A stretch of DNA of 64,000 nt. Source: a virus. Taxonomy: Duplodnaviria; Caudoviricetes. The position numbers were made by a program, and so were the translations under genes. Under the pieces are notes generated by a model. That model saw only the letters and a list, made by a program, of their open reading frames with translations. It was not told the origin of the DNA and did not search any database. The DNA lies in the IMG/VR virus record IMGVR_UViG_3300025711_000239, positions 1 to 64,000 of that record, one strand, 5' to 3'. Of this stretch, positions 40,242 through 50,494 are shown in pieces; positions within the stretch are counted from its first letter, which is position 1; the number at the start of each line of letters is the position of its first letter.

Positions 40242-41016
40242 AAAATCCAGAGCGAAATGGGATAAACAGTTGAGTCGTGTTCATCTGCATGCCCTCCTTT
40301 TCGCAGGCGCATGGCGGGAGCAGGAGACGAACCTCACCCTGTGTGATTTGCATCAGCAGGCCGTGCCGGAGGTTGCGCTGCATCAGTTGAATGTGAGCCA
40401 CCAGCGGAGCGAACTCGAGATCGGGAGTCATGCTTTTCAGTATGTCGAAGCGGCGATTTGCGGCCTCTTCAAAGTCTTCCGGATCGTCATCTAATGAGGT
40501 ACAAAGCGCGAACTCCGCGATGCGCATGCGCATAATGGCGGCTTCATAATCCGGCGCGTCGGCATCCGGCAGACCGGCGCGCATACGCTCCAGCATTTCC
40601 TGCCCGCGACCGGTCAGCGGCTTGAGCGTCCACTCAGTCGGCACGCCATTGACCGGGACATTCACACGCTCATAGGGCGCAATGGTCAGCAGCTCAACGG
40701 TCTCCGCCAACTCGCTTAGATCAAAGTCATAGGTGTGAAGCTCCTGGCAGTGCTCACAGCTGTAGTGAAACGCTTCCAGGTTATCAGCGCGGCTGTTAAT
40801 CATGATCCACCACAGCGCAGTACGTCGTTCCTGTGCGGTCCAGTCGCGGCTATCATCAATCGGGCCTTCCTGCAGTGCATTCAGGTATTCCGTAACGCGC
40901 CGCTCGTCGCCGAGCACGTCGGGAGAGCAGTACTTTAGTGCGTCTTCGATCACGGGCTGACGGAAGATGATTTCAGTAGCAGGGCGCGACGCCAGCGGCA
41001 GTGGAGGAATGATCAC
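40198..41016 (-). CDS. pmgB: PmgB-like morphogenetic protein
   Basis: Synteny; CEHC motif. Confidence 0.65.
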   Translation of the reverse strand: MIIPPLPLASRPATEIIFRQPVIEDALKYCSPDVLGDERRVTEYLNALQEGPIDDSRDWTAQERRTALWWIMINSRADNLEAFHYSCEHCQELHTYDFDLSELAETVELLTIAPYERVNVPVNGVPTEWTLKPLTGRGQEMLERMRAGLPDADAPDYEAAIMRMRIAEFALCTSLDDDPEDFEEAANRRFDILKSMTPDLEFAPLVAHIQLMQRNLRHGLLMQITQGEVRLLLPPCACEKEGMQMNTTQLFIPFRSGFFVPRFSPQWMANHH

Positions 41017-41027
41017 TGTGTTGTCCT

Positions 41028-41750
41028 TCAGAATTTAATGAGGTTTGATGCGGATGATTGAACCTGGTTTGTAATTCCCCCGGTTACTCCTTTCAGCAAT
41101 CCGTTTGCGAGACTTCCCGCGCTGGTGTACTTCACAAACGTCACCGGAATGGTGGCAAACTCGCCTACGGCATCACGGGCGCGGGAGATCTCACCGATAG
41201 TGGTGATAAAGCCTTTCATTTCCTCTTCAAGCGTGGCGCGCCCGTCCTGTGAGACGCGGTAGATCCGGATGTTAAGGAGGTAGGCTGGCGGCAGATTAAA
41301 GGTGCCGTCTCCGTTATGGATCCGCGCACGGCGCTCCTTAAACTTCTGTAGAAGTTCGCCATCCTCGTTATCACGAACGGTCATCGAGACCGAGCCCGCT
41401 GTAACGTGAGTGGGCTTCACAAACTCGTTACCGCCAATCAGCTTGCTTTCAGTCTCAACATTGCCCGTGCTGTAGGTGATATCTTTCACGTACATGTCCA
41501 CGCGGGAGAAGCCATCTATCTCAATGTTCCACTGCCAGCCCTGCGCGTAACGGATGCGCATAGCCATTTCCAGTATTGTTTTTGCGTTGGCCAGCTCTGG
41601 CGGCAGACCGGCATACGATGCGCCGGCGCCGCCGCTCATGCTGGCGGAGGCGCGGGATAGGATGTTGGAGATCAGATTGCTTCCGGCCTGTTTGGCCGTG
41701 CTGGTGGCAAAGCCTTTGATGTTGCCAGCCAGACCGTTAAAAAAGCTCAT
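41028..41750 (-). CDS. tub: Tub-like tail protein
   Basis: AQGWQW, KDITY; synteny. Confidence 0.65.
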   Translation of the reverse strand: MSFFNGLAGNIKGFATSTAKQAGSNLISNILSRASASMSGGAGASYAGLPPELANAKTILEMAMRIRYAQGWQWNIEIDGFSRVDMYVKDITYSTGNVETESKLIGGNEFVKPTHVTAGSVSMTVRDNEDGELLQKFKERRARIHNGDGTFNLPPAYLLNIRIYRVSQDGRATLEEEMKGFITTIGEISRARDAVGEFATIPVTFVKYTSAGSLANGLLKGVTGGITNQVQSSASNLIKF

Positions 41751-41759
41751 AGCGCCCCC

Positions 41760-42311
41760 TTACCAGGTGCTCATTGCGGGAATGATTGCCCGGCTTGTGG
41801 AGATCTGCATTTCCAGATCGGTTTTACGCTGGTGGAGCGTGGCCTCGTCCGGCAGAAAGGATGCGTCAAACTTCCCGGCGATGTGCAAACGGCGCAGGCG
41901 CTCTACGTTCGGGATAGCAATCAGCACTTCCAGGTAGTCTTCAAGCAGCCCGGTAATGTCTGCAGGTAACTGCGTTTTTTCGTAATCGCAGTCGCGGATA
42001 TTGCGAAAGTAGAGCAGGGTAAACGGCCATTTCTCGCGGCCAGTCAGCTCAAGCTCAATGGTTGAATCGTAGGGATCGGCATACACCAGCGCGCCATTGA
42101 AGTCATTCACGTTTACCAGAGACAGGTAATCAGACGGAAAAGGGAGGCTTGCGCCCCCCGTTTTCTCAATGCGTTTACGGCCTGGTACACCTGCCCGATC
42201 CTGATAAACGCCGAGAGCCTGGCGGAGAAGGCTGGTTAACAGCGCTTCTTCATCCACCAGCAGCGTCGTGAAGCGCGCTTTCACGGCCTCAAGCAGTTCG
42301 ACCGGCGTCAT
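41760..42311 (-). CDS. pmgC: PmgC-like head-tail connector
   Basis: LLRQALGVYQDRAG; synteny. Confidence 0.65.
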   Translation of the reverse strand: MTPVELLEAVKARFTTLLVDEEALLTSLLRQALGVYQDRAGVPGRKRIEKTGGASLPFPSDYLSLVNVNDFNGALVYADPYDSTIELELTGREKWPFTLLYFRNIRDCDYEKTQLPADITGLLEDYLEVLIAIPNVERLRRLHIAGKFDASFLPDEATLHQRKTDLEMQISTSRAIIPAMSTW

Positions 42312-42313
42312 GA

Positions 42314-42805
42314 TTATTCAGCCCAGTTGTAAACAACGCGCAGCGGCATCTTCACAGCTGCAGTAGTGTCTTCAGAGCCAAAATCCACGGCATCTGAATA
42401 CACCTTACAATGCAGGTAACTACGGGTCAGGCCAGCGCTGTCACCGCCGTTAGACTCTGCTGCAGCAGCAAACGTGAGATCCACATATTCCTTGTTAAGC
42501 ACCATCTTGCGGACCGCTGCAAACACGTCGCCTTTGATGGTTTCAACACAGGTCATCTGGAACTCGCCAGAGTTCTTAATAGAACCATGCTGATTAAACT
42601 TCATGCCACCTGGTGCCACGTCTTCAACGTCCTCACGGGCCATTTCCGGCAGCTGCGTGGTACGGATCAGAATAGAGAGGTTTGGGTAGCCTTTAACGGT
42701 CATCCAGTACTCAGAGCCGATAAGTTTTTCACCCGCGGCAAGGTTCTGGTTAAAGCGCTTTTTCAGAAAAGCCGTGTCGGCTTTCGTGTTGGAAAATCCG
42801 GACAT
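42314..42805 (-). CDS. bplB: BplB-like tail tube protein
   Basis: AAGEKLIGSEY...REDVED..PGG; synteny. Confidence 0.7.
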   Translation of the reverse strand: MSGFSNTKADTAFLKKRFNQNLAAGEKLIGSEYWMTVKGYPNLSILIRTTQLPEMAREDVEDVAPGGMKFNQHGSIKNSGEFQMTCVETIKGDVFAAVRKMVLNKEYVDLTFAAAAESNGGDSAGLTRSYLHCKVYSDAVDFGSEDTTAAVKMPLRVVYNWAE

Positions 42806-42815
42806 TATTTGTTCC

Positions 42816-43406
42816 TCAGATAAACATATATGGAATATCAGACTGGTTCTGGACGCTCAGGCCGGAGCACTGAAGCGTGACGGTGTTGTGTGTGTAATGC
42901 CCGTCCGCAGTGCGTGGCGCGTCCAACTGGTAGCCGACGCTTCGGATCACCACGTCCATCAGCTTCAGGCGACGGCCAACGTCCATAATCACGGGGAGAG
43001 GACGGCGGCCACCCGGCAGCGCGGCGTTCAGTTCAGGTGAGGCCATCTGCTGCAGGGTCATGATCGCGTCCATCACTTCCACCTTTGCGTTCATCGTGGC
43101 CATCAGGTCTACAACGATGCTGAACTCAGGCGGCTGCTGGCCTTCCCAGATAAGCAGGGAGTTGAAGTCCGACTTTGATGTACTGCCGCTCACCGCCTGT
43201 ACGCCGCCCGCCAGCTTGCCGCCAGCAGCACTCACTGCACCGGCGACGCCGCCCAGTGAGTCGTTGGCAAACGGGGATTCCCACATGGATTCAATGCTGG
43301 CTGTAGAGCCTTCCCCGATGTAGCCCACAACCATCGACGTTTCTGACGTGATATAGACTTTCAGGAAGGGGCTGACTCCATCCGGCATGATTGCACCGCA
43401 GATCAT
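42816..43406 (-). CDS. pmgG: PmgG-like tail protein
   Basis: DGVSPFLKV, WESPF, PGGRRP; synteny. Confidence 0.65.
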   Translation of the reverse strand: MICGAIMPDGVSPFLKVYITSETSMVVGYIGEGSTASIESMWESPFANDSLGGVAGAVSAAGGKLAGGVQAVSGSTSKSDFNSLLIWEGQQPPEFSIVVDLMATMNAKVEVMDAIMTLQQMASPELNAALPGGRRPLPVIMDVGRRLKLMDVVIRSVGYQLDAPRTADGHYTHNTVTLQCSGLSVQNQSDIPYMFI

Positions 43407-43449
43407 CGCGCTATCCTCATTGCAGCCGGGAATACCCGGCTGCTATCCC

Positions 43450-44160
43450 TTACAGGCCGCGCTTCTTACGCAGTTTCATCGACTTTTTACGGTGCGCATT
43501 TGCCATTGAGCTATGCGCCTTCGTGCGGGCCTTTTTCAGCGCCTGTTTCTGGAGCGACGTCATGCGGCGCTTCTTCGGACGCTTGCGGATCAGCGTAACT
43601 ACGCCGTCGCGCACGGCTTTGAAGGTCGCTGATTCCAGCATGGCTTCGCCGCCTTCACCGCCAGCCACGGTGTAATCTGCGATCGCTTCGTCATCGTCTG
43701 CCAGGCCGGAAAGCGCCTCGAAAACGCTCTCAGCGGCGCTGTCGTCGTCGTCGTCGATCATGCTGGTGACGTCATCTTGATCTGCACCCAGGGCAACGGC
43801 GGCGTTCGCCAGCTGGCCCAGCGCGTCGTTGAATGCGTCTACCTGCTCATCATCCAGATCGTCGTCGTCAGACAGTGAATCCAGACCGGCCAGCACCAGT
43901 GCCAGCGCTTCAAAGCTGTCAGAATCGGCTTCGCCATCGGCCACCCAGCCCGCAAGCAGGGAAGCGGCTACTGAGCGGGTATCTTCGCCAGCGCGACGTT
44001 CTACAGCCTCAAACATCGCCACAATGCGCGCCGATGCAGCGTTGCCTAAACCCGCACTTTCCAGCATGGAATCTTTTACGGCTGGCTCTCCAGCCGGAGC
44101 TGGTGCTTCGAATGCCGCACCCAGCAGACCATGCGCGTTGTGATTAAAAATGTTGTTCAT
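43450..44160 (-). CDS. P1 gp21-like protein
   Basis: Acidic body, MLES repeats, basic KKARTKAH tail; follows sheath gene. Confidence 0.65.
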   Translation of the reverse strand: MNNIFNHNAHGLLGAAFEAPAPAGEPAVKDSMLESAGLGNAASARIVAMFEAVERRAGEDTRSVAASLLAGWVADGEADSDSFEALALVLAGLDSLSDDDDLDDEQVDAFNDALGQLANAAVALGADQDDVTSMIDDDDDSAAESVFEALSGLADDDEAIADYTVAGGEGGEAMLESATFKAVRDGVVTLIRKRPKKRRMTSLQKQALKKARTKAHSSMANAHRKKSMKLRKKRGL

Positions 44161-44171
44161 AATTTCCTCTA

Positions 44172-45749
44172 TTAACGGAACAGCGTTGGCTTGCCGACGA
44201 TGCGGCGTGAAGAGCCGGTAGGGCAGACAGACCAGGATGCTTCCCACAGGTCGATATCTTTCTGCACGACGGAGACAACGAATGGCTGGGTGCCTTGCGT
44301 GACGTCACGCGGCTTAACCAGTGCTTCAGCGGCAACAAAGCGCTCCAGCAGGTCGGTTAAGCCGTCAGTCAGGCCTTTGAAGGTAATACCGTCCGGTTCA
44401 TGCTTCAGCGCTTCTGCCACGTCATAAAAACCGCGTGCGATCGCGTTCATCAGCGAACTGATGTGCTGCAGGCGCAGGTAGTTGTTTTTGGCGAACGTGG
44501 TCAGGGAGTCGTCGATATACATGTTCCCGGCTTTGTCGAGGCTGACCGGGTTGATGCGCGCAGTGACAAATGCTTCGCGGTCGATCTCATCCAGGTTCGG
44601 GATAGGCTTGATGTTTTGACGGTTGATGATTGCGCGTGACACGCCAGCCGGTGAGTAATGCCAGCCGCCGACGTCGGAGACCAACGCCACACCTTTAGCT
44701 TTCGCCACAAACGCATCACAGGAGATACCCCAGTTAACGTTGGTGCCGGTGAATGCGTCGCGGGCGGTATACGGCCAGTAGTAGCGTGCTGGCTGGTGGG
44801 AACCGCCGAGACCGTGGCTCAGCGCTTCGGCCATTGCTGCTGCCGACAACTGCGCGCCATGCACGTCATAAAACATGTCGGTACGGGTGTCTTCAGCCAG
44901 CTTGACCAGCGCCGCGATCACGGTCGGGTCATAGCAGCCCAGCGACAGCACCGCCGTCCAGGTGAACATGGATTTACGCAGGACAGTCAGGGCTTTGGTG
45001 TAGTCCGCCGTGGCAATAGCTGACAGGTCGCCATCAGTGCCGCCGCTAAACTGCATATCTTCGAAGCCTTCGGTGATCTGCTGCATCTGGGTTTCAACGT
45101 CATCCGCTACAAGAGCGCGCAGGCGAGTCGAGCCATTTTCCAATGCGGTTGGCAGGAAGGCAGGCGATCCCATGTCGCTGGTGGCGTTGGTATTGAATGA
45201 AATCTGGTGAGATTCCAGCACTGACTCACCACCAGCTGCGTCAATTTCTTTCAGCGTCAGGATGTAGAAGCCCGGTGCCGTTGTGTCTGCTTCCATGCTC
45301 AGGGTGCGATTAGCTGAAGCGTCGCCATCCTCGATGTAAATCATCGCCGCAGCGCCTGCCGCCAGAGCCGGATCGGCTGACGGAGCAAAGTTGCTGGCCA
45401 CAACGCTCAGCTGCTGCATGGTTTTGTCAGCCATCAGAGACAGGGCAGGGATCTTCATACCCGGTGCAGCCACGCGAACAAGATAGCCATCACCGCCGTT
45501 AACGGCAGTCGCTACATGGCGCAGTGGTTCAAATGCAGCGCCGCTGCGCGGATGAATTGCTGCACCCAGCACTGACTCATAGTTATCAGCGGTTACGCGC
45601 AGGACAGCGCCGATTTTGCCGCGGCGGGCAATGACCAGACCGGCAAAGACGGACGCGCCGCCAGATGCAACGGAAGTCGTCGCATCAGCGTTGACTTCCT
45701 GCACCGCAATGCCGGACGCCTGGCCCACAGAAAAACGAATCTTATTCAT
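44172..45749 (-). CDS. Tail sheath protein (gp22-like)
   Basis: 525 aa; WHYSPAG, RINPV sheath motifs. Confidence 0.85.
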   Translation of the reverse strand: MNKIRFSVGQASGIAVQEVNADATTSVASGGASVFAGLVIARRGKIGAVLRVTADNYESVLGAAIHPRSGAAFEPLRHVATAVNGGDGYLVRVAAPGMKIPALSLMADKTMQQLSVVASNFAPSADPALAAGAAAMIYIEDGDASANRTLSMEADTTAPGFYILTLKEIDAAGGESVLESHQISFNTNATSDMGSPAFLPTALENGSTRLRALVADDVETQMQQITEGFEDMQFSGGTDGDLSAIATADYTKALTVLRKSMFTWTAVLSLGCYDPTVIAALVKLAEDTRTDMFYDVHGAQLSAAAMAEALSHGLGGSHQPARYYWPYTARDAFTGTNVNWGISCDAFVAKAKGVALVSDVGGWHYSPAGVSRAIINRQNIKPIPNLDEIDREAFVTARINPVSLDKAGNMYIDDSLTTFAKNNYLRLQHISSLMNAIARGFYDVAEALKHEPDGITFKGLTDGLTDLLERFVAAEALVKPRDVTQGTQPFVVSVVQKDIDLWEASWSVCPTGSSRRIVGKPTLFR

Positions 45750-45795
45750 GTGAAATGTCCATGAAATGCCCCCTTAACGGAGGCGTTAAGGGGGA

Positions 45796-47541
45796 TTAGC
45801 TGCCGGTACCGGTGCCGGTTGCCGCTGCTTCAGGTGCGGTTTCGCCTTCGATCTTCTTACCAGTCAGCATGCTGTAAGCGCCGACTTTGGTATTGGTCAG
45901 GGTCAGCTTGGCGAAGTAGTTTTCACCATTGCGCGGGTGCAGCTCGTTCAGAGAAGAACCCCAAAGCGTGGTGCGGTTGACCAGCGACGGGTTGGTTTCG
46001 TGGACATACGGAATGGCTGGAACAGCGTCACCAGCGATCAGACCTGCGTCACCGATGGAATCACCGCGGCCGTAGAAAAGAATGTCTTCTTTACCCAGCG
46101 CCACGCCGTCTAACACGAACTGATCGCAGATAGCAGTAGGGACTTCGAAGATCTGGTAGATACCGAACAGGGTACCGATACGCTGGATGTACGGTGACTG
46201 CACAAAGTTAGGGTCAGCCTGGAATACGTTAGCAGGCAGGCTCTTCAGGAAGTTTGCCGCCTCACCACCAGCAAAACCGCCACGGATACCGGCTTTACGG
46301 GTACGGTTCACCATGTCGGTGCTCAGCTGGGTGACAGCATGTTTCATCAGGCCTACCCACGATTCGTAGGTCTGGCCTTCCGGCAATGCCACGTCGAACT
46401 CACGGCCATAGACAGCATGGAATGCCATCGTGCGCAGACGCATCATGTCCTGCTCATGACTCAGCCAGTTACGCATAGCAGTGAACTGGGTTGAGGACAG
46501 ATTGATACCAAACTCACGGCTCAGATCGGACGCGGCCATAACAGTGTGCTCAGATGCGATCACGAACTGTGACGGCTTAACGGTGAACTCACGCATGGAC
46601 TGGTTAATAACCGGGATCAGGCTTGGTGATTTCTCAACGTTGATCTCAACCTGTGCCGCCAGCTCAGTACCTTTAGCCGGTGCATCTGTGAAGGTGACAG
46701 CGATGGTGCCTTTCTCGTAATCGACCTTACAGGTAGCCGCAAACGCGTTGCCTTTAACGTCTTTATCGGAGAAATACAGGTTGCCGTCGCCGTCATCAAC
46801 TTTGCCCGGACGACGGTTGATCAGCAGTTTGGCGCGGCCAGCACGGATCGGCATATCAGCGCCTTCAACCGCTTTAATTGAGAAAGTGAAGGTTTTCTTG
46901 GTGCCATCCGGCTGCATTGCGGCAGGGAACGGATACAGGCGCTTCATCTGTGAGTACACAGCTGCAGACTGCATGTGCATTTCGTCGCCCTGCTCAAAAG
47001 AGCCGAACTTAGTACCGGCGACGTTCAGGAGCTCGTAAATCTTCGCTTCATCGCGCTCACACGGAACAAAGGTACACGCATCACTGGTGGCTGCGCCCAG
47101 CACCGCAGGCAGGATCAGCGCGGCAAACTGCGCCTGACGCATCACGCCATCAGAAGTACGCATGTCAGCTGCGACAGACTCAAACATCGCCTTGCCGTTG
47201 CCTTCATGCTTTTCAAGGGCTGATTCGATCATCAGGTTTTCCAGCGCACGGCTGGCGTTCGCCAGCTGGTCAGCTGGTGGGTAGTGACCATGACGCTCTT
47301 TATACTCGATCATGCTCGACGCCCAGGCGGTGCCAACAATACGGCAGAACTCAGGGTTAACGCCTTCAAACATCGGGTCACGGCCTGCTGCTGCGCCAAT
47401 GTTTACAGACATTTCGCCACGGTCAGAAATCATTGCGCCAGAAGCATTGCGCTGTGCATCAACGGTAAAAGCCATGACACGCGAGGCGCGGGTCATGATG
47501 TCCTGCTCACGCATACGTGCAGGGGTAATATCTTTGCTCAC
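45796..47541 (-). CDS. Major capsid protein (gp23-like)
   Basis: 581 aa; NRTTLWGS...HPRNG C-terminus; first gene of late operon. Confidence 0.8.
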   Translation of the reverse strand: MSKDITPARMREQDIMTRASRVMAFTVDAQRNASGAMISDRGEMSVNIGAAAGRDPMFEGVNPEFCRIVGTAWASSMIEYKERHGHYPPADQLANASRALENLMIESALEKHEGNGKAMFESVAADMRTSDGVMRQAQFAALILPAVLGAATSDACTFVPCERDEAKIYELLNVAGTKFGSFEQGDEMHMQSAAVYSQMKRLYPFPAAMQPDGTKKTFTFSIKAVEGADMPIRAGRAKLLINRRPGKVDDGDGNLYFSDKDVKGNAFAATCKVDYEKGTIAVTFTDAPAKGTELAAQVEINVEKSPSLIPVINQSMREFTVKPSQFVIASEHTVMAASDLSREFGINLSSTQFTAMRNWLSHEQDMMRLRTMAFHAVYGREFDVALPEGQTYESWVGLMKHAVTQLSTDMVNRTRKAGIRGGFAGGEAANFLKSLPANVFQADPNFVQSPYIQRIGTLFGIYQIFEVPTAICDQFVLDGVALGKEDILFYGRGDSIGDAGLIAGDAVPAIPYVHETNPSLVNRTTLWGSSLNELHPRNGENYFAKLTLTNTKVGAYSMLTGKKIEGETAPEAAATGTGTGS

Positions 47542-47592
47542 AATTCAGCCCTTTTTTCAGGGCGCGGCTGCGAGGGAATCTTTGACGAGGCA

Positions 47593-47613
47593 AATTTATG
47601 CGGTTTGTACTTT
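47593..47613 (-). promoter_or_regulatory. Putative late promoter, capsid operon
   Basis: AAAGTACAAACCGCA-TAAATT. Confidence 0.65.
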
Positions 47614-47710
47614 GCGATGTGAGAGAGGCAAGAAAAGATTTTAAATTCTAAGGATAAATTTTATTTTTTGATGTACCTTTCCGGCATGTAATTGACCACT
47701 GGTAAACCTC

Positions 47711-48133
47711 ATGTCTTATAAGCTCTATTTTCAGTACGCCAACGGCACCAAATCGCACACCTTATCGACCGGAAGCCAGCGCGACGCCCGTCTCCATCTG
47801 GACTATCTGCTCAGCGAGAAAGAGCCACGTTCGCTGGCTAAGCAGATCGTCATCATGTACGGCGCTGAAATCATCATGGAGGCATGCCCCACGTTAGAGA
47901 ACGACGCTATCCGGGGTATGGCGCGCTGGCGCAGGGCAGGCAATACGCAGCAGATGCACAACCCGGTAACAGCGTCCATTTACATGCCATTAGCGGCGCG
48001 TGAATTTCTGGTTAATCAGGGTGACGGTTCCCTGGCGGCGGGTATGCGTAAAATTATGCTGGAGATAGGCGGGCCGGAAGTGGCAGCGGGCTACATGATA
48101 GAAAATCAGGCCGGAGAAGTCGCTGAGGCATAA
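47711..48133 (+). CDS. Hypothetical protein
   Basis: 140 aa ORF followed by a bidirectional terminator at 48137-48162. Confidence 0.7.
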   Translation: MSYKLYFQYANGTKSHTLSTGSQRDARLHLDYLLSEKEPRSLAKQIVIMYGAEIIMEACPTLENDAIRGMARWRRAGNTQQMHNPVTASIYMPLAAREFLVNQGDGSLAAGMRKIMLEIGGPEVAAGYMIENQAGEVAEA

Positions 48134-48160
48134 AGTAAAACCGCCCAAATGGGCGGTTTT

Positions 48161-48463
48161 TTATAGCGTCTGATTATGGTCTGAAATTAGGCTGTTTCGC
48201 CGGTTGCATTCATCGACTATTGTCAGGATCCCCGCCACATAAGCAGGCAGCTGATCGGTGAATCCGGGTATGTTTTCATCCACCTGGCACGGCTGGTAGG
48301 CCTGTGCTTTTTGAGGCGGCACTTCCACCAGCTTTGTGACCGTCACGACTTCGGGTGTTAACTGCACGGGCTTTGTCCCGGAGCATGCGAATAACGCTGG
48401 CAGGCAAAGCAGTATGATTAACACCGGCAAGCAGTATCGCACGGTTGATCTCATCAATTTCAT
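48161..48463 (-). CDS. Outer-membrane spanin lipoprotein
   Basis: Lipobox LFAC; overlaps the 3' part of the i-spanin in another frame. Confidence 0.75.
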   Translation of the reverse strand: MKLMRSTVRYCLPVLIILLCLPALFACSGTKPVQLTPEVVTVTKLVEVPPQKAQAYQPCQVDENIPGFTDQLPAYVAGILTIVDECNRRNSLISDHNQTL

Positions 48464-48800
48464 TCTGACTATCCTCTTTAAGTTTCTCTAATTCCTGCTC
48501 CAGCTCGGCCTGCTTCTGCACGTATTCCTGGCGGTCCTTTTCCCGCTTAGCCAGTGTCTGCTGCAGCGTGGCCAGCTGCGCCTGCTGATCGGAAAGCGCG
48601 GTTTTCAGCGTGCTGTTATTGCCGGTTAGCGTTTTGTTATTGGTGATTAGCGTGGTGTTGGCTGATTCCAGCTCCGCGACGTGCGCAAAGTGATCCGTAA
48701 CGGTCACGTACCCTTTATGGCCCAGCATCAGTAGAGCCGCGCAGAGCGCTACCGCGACAGCACGTTTCAGCCAGCCGGTGAGGGTGATTTCACTGAACAT
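48276..48800 (-). CDS. Inner-membrane spanin
   Basis: N-terminal TM helix, long coiled coil, LPASVIRML. Confidence 0.75.
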   Translation of the reverse strand: MFSEITLTGWLKRAVAVALCAALLMLGHKGYVTVTDHFAHVAELESANTTLITNNKTLTGNNSTLKTALSDQQAQLATLQQTLAKREKDRQEYVQKQAELEQELEKLKEDSQNEIDEINRAILLAGVNHTALPASVIRMLRDKARAVNTRSRDGHKAGGSAASKSTGLPAVPGG

Positions 48801-48855
48801 GATTATTCCTGTGTAAGCGCAGCCATGACGGCTGCGTGCATGAGAGTGAGGGCAA

Positions 48856-49140
48856 TCAATTCACCTGGAATCCGGCATCGCCTGTTGCGACTGTTGATCC
48901 GCATGAAACCTGATCGTCAACGCACACAATGCCTTTGCCATTGATGGTGAACCACGGACGGCCAGATACCGCCTTGCCGTTGTGGGTGCTTTTACCGTCT
49001 GTGTGGTCCTTAAACAGCTTACCGTCCACCAGCACGGCCTTACCGTTGATGGTTAGCCCCGCGTCAGCCTCTGCAGTCTGTCGCGGAGGGAAGGCACCGT
49101 GTCCGGAGCAAACGGAATCCAGCGTACCGGCAGCAGGCAT
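48856..49140 (-). CDS. PAAR-like spike tip protein
   Basis: CSGHGAFPP, TINGK repeats, CGS. Confidence 0.85.
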   Translation of the reverse strand: MPAAGTLDSVCSGHGAFPPRQTAEADAGLTINGKAVLVDGKLFKDHTDGKSTHNGKAVSGRPWFTINGKGIVCVDDQVSCGSTVATGDAGFQVN

Positions 49141-49177
49141 CAGGCCACCCCGGCGCCGGAGCGCGCCTTACTGGTCA

Positions 49178-49756
49178 TCACGACTCCATCAGTTCATAGA
49201 AGTCATCAGGGATATCACTGAATGTCACGAACAAGGCCAGCCAGACGGCGCGGCTTGCATCAGTGATAAAGCGCGACAGCTTGACGGTACTCAGTACCTT
49301 TTCAACCCACTTGGCCTGCGTCTGCTGATCTGCCGGAGACATTTCGCTCCAGGCGTCAGTAGACATATCGCGTCCCAAATTAAGCGCGTAGATCGCAGAC
49401 CACATTACCGGCATAAGCTCGATGGTTGCTGGCTCGTCGGACAGTGAATCTTTCATGTCCATATAGAACTCAGTCGCTGCCTGGCAGATGTAGGCAGGGA
49501 TCAGCATGTAGCGATGTTCCGGACGCATGGCCATCATGCGCACGCGGGTATCCTCCGCCGTGGCGTTCGCCATCGTCTGCTCAATCATTGAGTTACGAGT
49601 GGTGCGCTGTGAGGGGGTGAGACGCCAGTATGGCGTTTCAATCAGCGTCCGCGTTTCACGCGAGTAGTTGTACTCATACTGAAACTGCGGATCTTCGCGC
49701 AACGCCATGTTCAGGTTGTGGAATAGTTCAAAATGCGTGGGCTTACGGTTGCTCAT
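49178..49756 (-). CDS. Hypothetical late protein
   Basis: 192 aa ORF heading the PAAR/spanin operon. Confidence 0.7.
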   Translation of the reverse strand: MSNRKPTHFELFHNLNMALREDPQFQYEYNYSRETRTLIETPYWRLTPSQRTTRNSMIEQTMANATAEDTRVRMMAMRPEHRYMLIPAYICQAATEFYMDMKDSLSDEPATIELMPVMWSAIYALNLGRDMSTDAWSEMSPADQQTQAKWVEKVLSTVKLSRFITDASRAVWLALFVTFSDIPDDFYELMES

Positions 49757-49786
49757 AATCCATCCGATCTGGTTAAACGAGCGAGG

Positions 49787-49807
49787 AGAATAGAGGGTTT
49801 GTAATTT
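49787..49807 (-). promoter_or_regulatory. Putative late promoter
   Basis: AAATTACAAACCCTC-TATTCT. Confidence 0.65.
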
Positions 49808-49949
49808 AGAAGGGTGAGCTGCAGCATTTGCATTAGATTTTAAAGTATAAAATTTTCATAAAAATAACTTTAAGTTTTCGCCACTTTTCCCGTATAGTCT
49901 GGCTTCACGGCAGGTTGCGCCATCACTTATTGAAGAAAAGGAATGCGAA

Positions 49950-50357
49950 ATGAATGATGTTTACGGACGAATGATCACCGATGCTAATTTGCCTATTCAG
50001 AAAACCGTACTGGCATCTTCTGAAAGAACGGGCGTGCAGCTACTGGACTGCGGAGAAGACTGCCAGGGGCGCTATGAAGTGATCGCAGGAAATGTGCTGG
50101 TGGCCTGCACAGATGATTACGCGAGAGCGAGAGACTACTATTTCAAAGAAACCAGCCGTGTGAGTGCTGAATGTCAGACTGCTTACAACGTAAGAGCCAG
50201 AGAAGCAAAGGCGGCAGGGCTTATTGGCTATCTTTTCCGTGAGTATGCCTGTGAGCACATCACGATGGATCAGGCGCTGCAGTTGCTAAAAACACCGCGA
50301 GGCATTCCGGCAGAATCACTACCAGCCTTCTGGGATACCGGGATGAAGCTAACCTAA
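49950..50357 (+). CDS. Hypothetical protein
   Basis: 135 aa ORF with AAGGA SD. Confidence 0.65.
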   Translation: MNDVYGRMITDANLPIQKTVLASSERTGVQLLDCGEDCQGRYEVIAGNVLVACTDDYARARDYYFKETSRVSAECQTAYNVRAREAKAAGLIGYLFREYACEHITMDQALQLLKTPRGIPAESLPAFWDTGMKLT

Positions 50358-50494
50358 GATTTGGCGGTTTCTTGACTCATTTACATGGTCCGGAAGTCCT
50401 TTATAGTGCCAAAGGAAGTTGATGTATGAGAGTCATGCACGTATATAATTGCGTTAGAATGACTTAACGTTTTAAGGATGAAAGGTAAAGCACC

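Noticed and set aside
48856-49140. T6SS or tailocin locus suggested by PAAR and sheath genes
   Set aside because: Capsid, dar and replicon genes indicate a phage; no T6SS membrane complex
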